A stretch of 64,000 nt of DNA from Eledone cirrhosa (taxonomy: Eukaryota). The DNA lies in assembly GCA_964016885.1 (NCBI GenBank), contig OZ024742.1, forward strand, positions 89,652,001 through 89,716,000. Reading direction: 5' to 3'. Shown in pieces: positions 53,890-64,000 of the stretch (the stretch's first letter is position 1; every line of letters begins with the position of its first letter). The position numbers were made by a program, and so were the translations under genes. The notes below the pieces were generated by a model that worked only from the letters and a program-made list of their open reading frames with translations, searched no databases and was not told where the DNA came from.

Positions 53890-55112
53890 AATGTCGCATC
53901 ATATCCCTCCGACAACATCTACGAACCTCGAAGCGTAGGAGCCCGTCTCTCGAGCAAGTCTATCTGCATGAATCAGATAAGATCATGAGAGTTGGGAAGT
54001 AACTCCTCGAAAGATTTTCCCTGTGTGATAATCAAAAACTCACACGCAGGGAAGTCCCTCAGCAGTATCACAGTGAATCCATGGATGAAAAACTGCATGC
54101 TTATCAGCAAAAAATCATGCATGGATATGTTGCCAGGAAGCTCCAGTGTGAGAGTAATATAGATAAAGAAAGTAGTATATCTTGGACCAACAACCACTAT
54201 ATTGGCTCCAACTTTAAGGATACGCTTTTGTAATCCAAGAACAGGAGATTAACACGAAATACCTGATTCACAAAAGAGATAGGGATGCAGGCAAACCACC
54301 TAGATGTTCTAACAAGTGCAGACTCTGCAGAATTAACGTCGAAGATGTCACCCATGTCATAAGCAAAGATGTCATAGTGGTACTATCTACCTATGAGGTA
54401 TGATGTAGTGGCCAAAACACTGTACAATGCAATCCGTAGAAAAGATAGCCCCGATAATAAACACATTAAAAGCTACAGCAGCGTGGAAGACATACATATA
54501 CATAATATGAAAGAGTACTGGTGGAATGTTCCAGTAAAAACCCCAATAAAATACAGGCATAACAGACCACATATAATGATATGGGACAGGGAAAAGAAGG
54601 CATGCACAGTAGTGAAAGTTGGCTGCCCAGCAGATGCCAATATAATATCAAAGATTAGCGAAAAGGAGAATATTTATGCAGAACTGATGAGTAATCTGCA
54701 GATACTCCACCCTGATTATACCTTCAGATTCATTCCTGTGGATATTGGGGCACTGGGATATGTTAGTAACTGCCTCGATACAAATCTTGAGAAGCTGGGC
54801 TTCACAGGAACAGAAAGAACACTAGTTAGGAAATTACAAGTACAATACATTACTGGAACAGTAAAAATATGTAAAGCATTCCAAAAAAGTTGCATCTAAT
54901 AACTGCATATACACATGTACAGATACAAAGCATATACACATGCACACATACAACTCAAAACATACACATCCACACATACAATAACATCCATACCTATACA
55001 TGCATGCATGCAGTCATGCAGACATATCTACCTAGTTGATGTGTAAATTCCAATGAGAGAGTCTTGTATCTATGTTAGAAACCGACTCTCTCTCTATTGG
55101 CAACAATTTGTG
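53890..55112 (+). mobile_element. R4/Dong-like non-LTR retrotransposon, 3' portion (zinc knuckle plus restriction-like endonuclease)
   Basis: IQEQEINTKY, CRLCRINVEDVTHVIS; ORF 54393..54899 HNRPHIMIWD..VGCPAD..EKENIY..IPVDIGALG; flanked by (ACAT)n. Confidence 0.85.
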
Positions 55113-55149
55113 AAATTATAAAACCAGAAGAACATACATACATATATAT

Positions 55150-57625
55150 ATACATACATATATATATACATACTCCATTAGTCAACGCGATCAGTCGCAT
55201 ATTTTGGCGTGGGAGACTATTTATTAAATTTAAGATGAATACTATCTCCGACAGTAATGCCATAACTACAGCCAGGTTGAATAACTGGTTATTCTTCTAA
55301 CTATCACTTCTGAAGTCACCTTTTATTCAAATTCGTAGAGATATCCGACTAAATACATAATTCATTTTACAAGGATTTGCTACAAACAGCATGGCTGAAC
55401 ACAGCATCAACAAGAAAATTAAGGAAGCATCGAAGACAAATAACAAAGAAGGTAATCAAACTTTATTCAGTTGTAGCTACAGAAGAAACCGAAATTATAA
55501 ATCGCATTTCTCTTGGAGTTGCGAACTTAATAATGATTTATTTAATTGTTATAAAATGGCAAAACACAATCCCTCCATTTGCTATATGAATAGAATGAAG
55601 TTACACTGGGACGAAATGCACCCAGAACTAAATTATTTCACAGCGAAACAATTACGCCAACAAGCGACGTTTGTTGAACGTAAAAATAAGATAAATATTA
55701 TTAATTGTAAGTCCCCCACAACAAACATGGAATCAACAACACGTGCTACAGATCGCCATGCTACTAGACTTCCTAGCAACCAGGTCGAACAGCGCCTTGA
55801 AACAACTATGCCTGTAAGAAACTTGACACCACCTGTACCCTCTAAGTCTACCTCGAATGCTGGGGAAAACACTATGGATAATAATAATAATCGAAGAAAT
55901 AATAATAATAATCGTATAAATGTGACACCACGTATACCATCCGAGTCTGCTCGACTGTTGTGGAAAATACTATCGATTATGATAATCAAAAGTATAAAGA
56001 ATTGAAAATTTCCCTCAACGAAAACTTTCAGAGAGAAATTAATTCATGTATAAATATCTCTCTGACTGAACGTGTTAAAATGACAATGGTGAATAAAAAA
56101 CCAAATAATGAAATACTACGTGTTATTGACGAAATAGGGAATAAATATTTACGACGGATAAAAACCCCAACATTTTGGCAAATCAACGCCTGTTTATATG
56201 CCTTAGCAATGACAGTGAAGCATTATCTTGGTGATAGCAGAGATATTAACAAGAACAAAACACCACCAAAAATACCATCGTATATAACTAAAAAAAAAAA
56301 AAGAGTGCTGACCTACGAAAAAACATAGGACATGTGACAATGCTCCTTACATGCAAACAAACGCACAAAAAACACACTCCTCACCAACAAAGAGTGAAAA
56401 ATAAAATAGAGAATATCTTTGGTAACAGTAGAACCAGAACTCTCCAATATAAGCTGATCACCCTCAAACAAGAATTGAGAGCTGTTAGCGAAAAATGCCG
56501 ATACCTGAAGAAGGTAGATGAGAGAAAAATGCTTAATAAAAGATTCAGACGCAACCAAACATCAGTTTATAGAGATATGAAGGGCAAAATAATAAGCGTC
56601 ACTGAGGCCCCATCCCAGAAAGACATATATTCCGTTTGGAGAAAAATATGGGGTGAAAAGAAGAATTTCAACCAAGATATAGTGTGGCTAAGAGAAATCC
56701 GAAAGAACTATTGCTGCTACACTACGACAAACACATACGAAATAAGTGAGGGTACACTTGAGACTGTGATAGGAAAACTCCAAGATAAGAAAACACCAGG
56801 AAGAGACATGATTGTCGGCTACTGGTACAAAAAACTAATATTCTATCGGAGGTATCTTACTGACTTCTACCAACAAGTTCTTAAGGGCGATACACTTATA
56901 CCAGAATGGTTGACATTAGCACAAACGTTACTGGTCCCCAAGAACAAAGACACCCACTTGGCAAAAAACTACAGACCCATTGCATGCCAGAACCTGATGT
57001 ATAAGATGTATACAGCGTGCCTGAACCTATTCCTCCAAGATCACAGTGAAAATAATAACATCATCACAGATGAACAAGCAGCTGGAAAGAAAAGGGTTTG
57101 GGGATGTGCTGAACAACTCCTAATCAACAAAACTGCGATGTCGGAGGTGCGACAACTTAGGAGGAATATGATTACAGTCTGGCTGGACTACAAGAAAGCT
57201 TTCGATTCTGTTCACCACTCTTGGATGATAGAGGCCCTCCAACTTGCTAAAGTCCCAGACATTATTGTCAGAGCCATAGAGAGGCTGTCTTCTTCTTGGG
57301 CTACTATCCGAAGGTTAAAGACAGAGAGGTAGGACTCTATTTTCACTGATAAAATAAAATATTGCAGGGATATATTTCAGGGGGACAGTCTCTCTGTGAT
57401 ATTGTTCATCTTGTCATTAAAACCCTTGTCCTTTCTGCTCAAGAAATGTGAGGGATACATCATTGGTTCACAGGAGGACAGAAATACGAACCTAACCCAT
57501 AACTTCGTTGTGGACGATCTGAAACTCTATGCCAAGAACATGGATGGGATGAAGAAAAATCTTGACCTGGTTACAACGTTCTCAAAGGATATAGGAATGG
57601 AGTTTGGCCAAGATAAATGCTCATA
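55150..57625 (+). mobile_element. R4/Dong-like non-LTR retrotransposon, 5' portion through RT (frameshifted, 3'-truncated)
   Basis: ORFs 55391.., 55960.., 56334..57332 (KTPGRD..GYWYKKL, KNYRPIAC, WLDYKKAFDSV), FQGDSLS and VDDLKLYA. Confidence 0.9.
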
Positions 57626-59218
57626 CACTGCACAAAGCCAGTCCCACTCTCTTGACCAAGATGCTATTTACCAAAAAGAAGAACAAGTCAACATCATTGG
57701 ATACCATCAGGGTTGCAGGTGTTATATCAGAGTTTTTCTTCTCCTAGAATTCTGCCTTGACAAAGGCTAAGGGGTCATCTCTCCCGGTGATTTTGGATGG
57801 CCATTGACTATTAAGAGCTCCTTTGCCCTTTGACAGGTTTTGTTTTTAGTCCTGCAGGATGTCCAAAGTCACCCTCCTCACCAAGAAACCTTGGTGGGGT
57901 TGCCAGTTTAGTCGCCAACTACCCGACCATGAGACAGCTTGTACTGGGATACATGTTACCAGTAGCACCAACTATACATACATACATACCAACATACATA
58001 CATACATACATACATACATACATACATACATACATACATACATACATACATACATACATACATACATTCATACATACTTATATGGACATATATTTCATAT
58101 AAATATACATTCAACCATGTTATTTTATTATTGTCTATTTTGAGACTGACCAAATACTAAAATGTATGATCACCTTGCTAGCCTAACGCCGCCAAATATT
58201 AATGCGTGGCATTTTTGAAGTATGAGCTGATAAACCAGGCAGTGCTTAACTGTCAACAAAACAGTTTACCAATTAGAGAATACTGAGAAGTGGACTAGAA
58301 AAAGATAGGATTAATAGCAACCACCCGCAACTACAAACAAAGAGTAAGCACCAGAAAAACAACTTGGTAATTCCATATGCTAGTTTATCTGTGAAGTAAC
58401 AACACATAAACTCGCCAACCGATATAGCGGGTAAGAACTTACATCAGTAACGTTTATGAAAGGAAAGAACTGTCTGATGAAATCGTGTCTGAATATATAT
58501 ATATATATATATTTAAAAAAATTGAGGTGTAACACACGAGTTGTGATATATTAGTAAAAGGAAAAGAAAATGCTGAAAAATTGTTTCCAGTGAAAAATAG
58601 TTTAATTAGGAATAAGTATAAATTAGTAATAAGTATTGGTTCGTATTCAGTTTTAGTTTTAAGGTTTTACCGGTTGAGCATTTCTAATGCTTTTCAAAAA
58701 TGATTTTGAGATAGAGCGCTCGTGATGTTTGCTCTAATCTGATCAGTTTTGGAAATTCTTCCTGTTTTATGTGAAAAAAGTGGCTCCAGAGGTATTAAGA
58801 TTTGGTTGGTTGCTGAAGGTCACGTGAATGAGTACTATAAATTTCGCCCCAATTCGTGTTGCAAAAATTCTTGTAGACAAAACGATTTTCATTGGTCGGC
58901 AGAGGACACGGGAATGTTAAAAATTAATTTTGCGCCAAATGTAGGTTTGTCGAAGAGTGTCCTTCTTCGCCTGATTGAGAAGTCACTGAAAAATAAGTTT
59001 ATTAAGACAAATATGTGTGTGTACAGTGTGGTTCGTAGTAGAGGAAATAAATTCGGTCAGTAGGAATGTGTGTGTACGTGTGTGGGGATATTTTAACATA
59101 TTGAAAGATATTTTTCAACTCTTGTCTTATACGGAGAAGTGTGTGTGTGTGTGTGTGTATGTCTGTTTGTATGTTAGAGTACGCGTGTCTATGTGTGTGT
59201 GTGTGTATGTGTATATGT

Positions 59219-59254
<36 letters not shown>

Positions 59255-59417
59255 ATGGACCAGTATTTTTGTGATACTGGTAAAAATGGTGTACATTATT
59301 CGATATTTTCAGTAATTTGCAAAAAACGTTTCTTTCAAAAGAACATCAAAAACATTAATAATATAAGGGGTGAAATGATGTATAGTATTGTCATAACACC
59401 AAGGTGTGTGTGAGTGT

Positions 59418-59860
59418 CCAGGAGGCTGGATTTGTGTAAATCCTTGAAAGGTTTATTATACTATGATCATTTCAATGACCGTGTTCCGTATGAATCCGGT
59501 GATATCATCAGGTATTCGAAATATAATACGTGAATGTAATAGATAAAATCCATGGGGCTAAAAATCGAGGACCCGAGGGCGATCGTTATGCTGTACCTTC
59601 TACCTTATCCGGTCGCCCTCGAGTGACGTGGCCAAAGCTTACAGTGTGCTACTACCGGTCAGATAAAGGAAAACAGAAAGGGATGGGAACATAACATGAC
59701 CGGTAGTAGGACACTGTTCAGCCCCATGGATTTTATCTATTACATTCACATATTATATTTCGAATACCTGATGATATCACCGGATTCATACGGAACCCGG
59801 TCATTGAAATGATCATAGTATAATAAACCTTTCAAGGATTTACACAAATCCAGCCTCCTG
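59418..59860. repeat. Fold-back duplication with hammerheads at ~59459-59516(-) and 59764-59821(+)
   Basis: atac-CUGAUGA-..accgg/ccggt..-GAAA-tgatca-UA-gtat; arms 59419-59559 / 59720-59860; a nested inverted repeat lies in the spacer. Confidence 0.85.
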
Positions 59861-61292
59861 TCATTTCATTATAATATTTAACTCCGTAATAGCACCACCA
59901 ACTACAAAAACAAAGACGGTTGAACTGCTTTACGTTGAGTACTCTCTATATTATTACATTACGATTGACCATACGGAATAGACCAGCTCTATCAAGTGGT
60001 GAACCTCAAACCTGAATATATATATATTTATATATATATATATTATTCAATTTAGGAAAGTTCGTTGATCATTTAATCCGCTGACGTTTTTTGTAAACGG
60101 ACATAAAGCACTCTATAAAATATCATTTTCCTTTCTATTTATTCTAACTTTATTTGATTTTGTTTTTTTATTTTCTAATTTAATTTAATTGTTTGATAAT
60201 ATAGTTAATATTTCAATTGATATAGAGAATATAAAACACATACAAATGCTCAGATAGATGAGAACCGAACTCATCGAAACTGGAAACTAAAGGAACTAGA
60301 ATTTATGCTCAGTGCATGGAGATCAGCTAATGGCTCCCTTTCAAACAAGCTAATTAAGGATGCCCTACAAAGATGTGGCTTTCTGAGAACTTGGGCACAG
60401 CTACAACTGAAAAAGAACGAATTTATTCGTGCCTACTCGCTTGTTCTGCTACACGTGGATCAGTTGAGCCACATTTGGTCAGAGGGGACAAAAGAAGACG
60501 GGGAAGAAGTCGAAAACTAAGAAAAACAAAGTCCCTGGGAAAAAGAAGGCCCAGGTTCTCTGTGAATTCCACAAGAAAGTAACCTGTTAGCATAGGGCGT
60601 CTGGGACAAACTGCGGGTTTGCAACTACCCAAGCCAAAGTCTGCTTATGCCAACTACCCAAGCCAAAACCAACATGTACAAACAATACAGTGCACAGGGT
60701 CACTGTCCAGGATGTATGCTGAGGTTGTACGCTCTCCCCTGATGACGAGAAGGAAGTATACAGAAGCAGTACAGAGTTATAACTGGATAAAAGGACTTCT
60801 TTTTTTATAACGGGAAAGATAGTGAGACAGCTGACTTAGCTTCGTCAACTACAAAGCCAAATTCAGTTACATCAACACTCGCGACCACCACAAATAAAAG
60901 AGCTGTTGTGGCCGCTTCTGATACCCACGCAAGTGCCATATAAGCAGCCACCACTGATCCCTAAAATGTCACGCTAGTGCTACTAGTAAATGATCTTCTA
61001 ACTGACACTCAGCATGGCTTTCGTCCGGGTAGAAATTGTATATATTGGGAAGGTGATGTTTCAAATGAACACACACGCAGCTGTTGTTTTCACTTCAATT
61101 TATTACAAATTACCGGGTGGTTGGTTCAATAACCCGATGGTTGTTTATTTATCGTCAAAGATCTTTCGTCACACATTCTGTGACCTCCTCAGTGACAGAA
61201 TTCTTATTTTGTGTCGCACCTGCTATATCAAACGTTAACCTAATATATACCTTCCATATACTGTACCGATTGTGTTGTTATTTCCGTTTACC

Positions 61293-61431
<139 letters not shown>

Positions 61432-61461
61432 AAAGAATAGAGGTGTAACACACAAGTTATT

Positions 61462-61757
61462 ATATATTGGTAAACGGAATAGAAAATGCTGACAAATTGT
61501 TCACAGTTGAAAAATGGTTTAATTAGGAATAAAAGAGTATTAGTGATTGTATGGTTTAGTATTCAGTTGTGGTTTTAAGTTTTTAAGTTTTTACCGGTTG
61601 CGCATTTCTAAATGCTTTTCAAAAATAATTTTGAGATAGAGTGTCCGTGCTGTTTGCTCTGATCCATACAATCACTAATACTCTTTTATTCCTAATTAAA
61701 CCATTTTTCAACTGTGAACAATTTGTCAGCATTTTCTATTCCGTTTACCAATATATA
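61462..61757. repeat. Fold-back duplication; related single copy at ~58520-58750
   Basis: 61462-61554 is the reverse complement of 61663-61757. Confidence 0.85.
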
Positions 61758-61854
61758 TATATATATATATACATAGATATAATACATATATTCATATACA
61801 TATAATATATATATTACATATATATTCATATATATATATCTTATATGTAACATG

Positions 61855-62841
61855 TTGAAAAGGTAACACACTAGAGAGAGATAGTGTGCCATCAATAAAA
61901 CAGGGAAAACCACCAGTGAATGGAATCTATATCTATAGAAGGCAGGGTAGACACACAATAATTAAAAATATAAATTAAAATGTATATACGCACCTCTATA
62001 ACTATATAACATACGCGTACAAATCGAAAGAGATCTGTTTCGCCAGTAAGTTGTTGACTGAAATGGAATAGCCTAGCGTTCATCAGCGCCTGCTAAACTA
62101 TACATTCCAGACAACTCTAACAGAATCTAAAGCGACCGTCCAGCTACACGCGGCAGAGAGATGTCACAGCGTGTTTAGGAAAGTGAAGCAGTGATATCTG
62201 AGGGACGAGCTGCTAGAAAGGGCAGCCCCAAAACCACTCAAATAAGTGTGTTGAACCAAACAGAGAGGAACGACTGTTATAAGGAGCGAAATATCACGAT
62301 ACATTAACGGAGCCATAGACTCTCCAGGATTCCTTTTCCTTTGAGCACATTATTGACAGGGAATAACAAGAGTCTATGGCTCCGTTAATTTATCGTGATA
62401 TTTCGCTCCTTATAACAGTCTTTCTTCTCTCTTTGCTTGGTTGAGCACACTTCTTTGAGTGGCTTTTGGGCTGCCCTTTCTAGCAGCTCGTCCCTCAGAT
62501 AGTACTGGTTCACTGCCCTAAACACGCTGTGACATCTCTCTGCCGCGTGTAGCTGGACGGTCGCTTTAGATTCTCTTAGAATTGTCAGGAATGTATAGTC
62601 TAGTACGCGCTGATGAACGCTAGGCTATTCCATTTCAGTCAACAACTTACTGGCGAAACAGATCTCTTTCGATTTGTACGCGTGTGTTATATAGTTATAG
62701 AGGTGCGTATATACATTTTAATTTATATTTTTAATTATTGTGTGTCTACTCTGCCTTCCATAGATATAGATTCCATTCACTGGTGGTTTTCCCTGTTTTA
62801 TTGATGGCACACTTTCTCTCTCTAGTGTGTTACCTTTTCAA
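61855..62841. repeat. Large fold-back duplication (~470-bp arms)
   Basis: Identical ORFs 61892..62083(-) and 62613..62804(+); the spacer region 62324-62402 is repeated at 62847-62922. Confidence 0.9.
62605..62683 (+). ncRNA. Type I hammerhead ribozyme with stable stem III; inverted copy at ~62013-62089
   Basis: acgcg-CUGAUGA-ac-gctag/ctggc-GAAA-cagatc/gatttg-UA-cgcgt (GUA site). Confidence 0.8.
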
Positions 62842-62925
62842 GAGCTCAGGATTCCTTTTCCTTTGGGCACATTATTGACAGGGAATAACGAGAGTCTATG
62901 GCTCCGTTAATTTATCGTGATATAT

Positions 62926-62971
<46 letters not shown>

Positions 62972-63140
62972 TTCAAACAATCAATTGATTTTTTATTTCA
63001 TTGTTTTAACTTATATCATGACTCTGTTTTCCCTTTAATGTTTTATGTTTTCCGGGATTTATCTTAACCTACAAATTTCGAACATGTGGATTACATCGAG
63101 TTATTCATGCAGAATAGACCCCACAAGTTACTGTGGATAC

Positions 63141-63282
<142 letters not shown>

Positions 63283-64000
63283 CAACTGTTCACTTTTAAG
63301 CTCAATGAAGAATTAATAAATTAAAATCAAAAAATCAGACCATTATATCATAAATCATGTCCATAGAATCATCAGATATTAAAATATATTTAATTTATTA
63401 ATTCTTCATTGAGCTTAAAAGTGAACATTTGCAACATATATATATATCTTTAATTTTATGTATATGATAACCTTTATATTTAATAATCTCCCAATTGGTT
63501 GAGATTAAATTTGGCGATATATGGCTGCGCTTTCTAGCAGCAAGCCTACCCACCGTAAGCAACCTATCACACGCTTTCTCTCTGGCTGGTACACAGCTAC
63601 ATAGCGATTTTAGCCATTTTTTAATCTAAATTTGGCGCGATCTGTTAGAAAAACTAAATGTCTGATTTTGAGTTTATCTCCTGAAGAATCCTAACTCTGG
63701 ATAATTCATATTATTTGGATGTCCTAAATAAGGAAGTAACCATGGTAGAGATATAATTACGGTATGTGCGCATTTCTTCTAAGTTTAATTTTACTACTAA
63801 TTGTGTGTGGTTGATGGTATATTTGGTCGGATTCTGCATGCTGCCGAAATGTTGGATAAATAATGGAACGGGGCTGCCGCGAAGAGGCTACGATCAATTG
63901 TTTGTCGGAGATTTCCCCATCAGAAAATTTATTCTTAAATCTTGCTAGATTTGATTTTGTATATGGTTAATTATGCTAATTAGAAGAAGAAATAGTATAT

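Noticed and set aside
57900-57970. HDV-like ribozyme fit (ccagt/actgg plus CUAA)
   Set aside because: P3/L3 geometry cannot be made canonical (loop too short or extra joining bases); kept only as an unresolved structured leader.
61892-62804. Two identical 63-aa ORFs suggesting a duplicated gene
   Set aside because: By-product of the fold-back duplication; the ATG lies inside the hammerhead core.

Overview
AT-rich, repeat-saturated eukaryotic (animal) genomic DNA. The SINE/LINE/Penelope/Helitron mix suggests a mollusc such as a cephalopod, but that is inference. Almost all of the window is transposon-derived and punctuated by (TA)n, (CA)n and (ACAT)n microsatellites, so most ORFs in the supplied track are microsatellite or antisense artefacts. 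It holds several families of Penelope-like retroelements (PLE; RT plus C-terminal GIY-YIG), Helitron pieces, R4/Dong-like, CRE-like, RTE-like and CR1-like LINE fragments, and tRNA-derived SINEs. One convincing host exon encodes a galaxin-like double-cysteine repeat protein (40281-40861), and a possible signal-peptide exon lies at about 43.9 kb. The main hidden signal is RNA. Roughly 25 hammerhead-ribozyme motifs from about a dozen unrelated sequence families can be read by eye, many inside fold-back inverted duplications bounded by (TA)n. The most unusual is a twice-repeated, perfectly conserved hammerhead (17986-18057 and 18761-18832, minus strand) whose three strands are in a non-circularly permuted order. 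All RNA folds were assigned by manual base-pair inspection and are untested.
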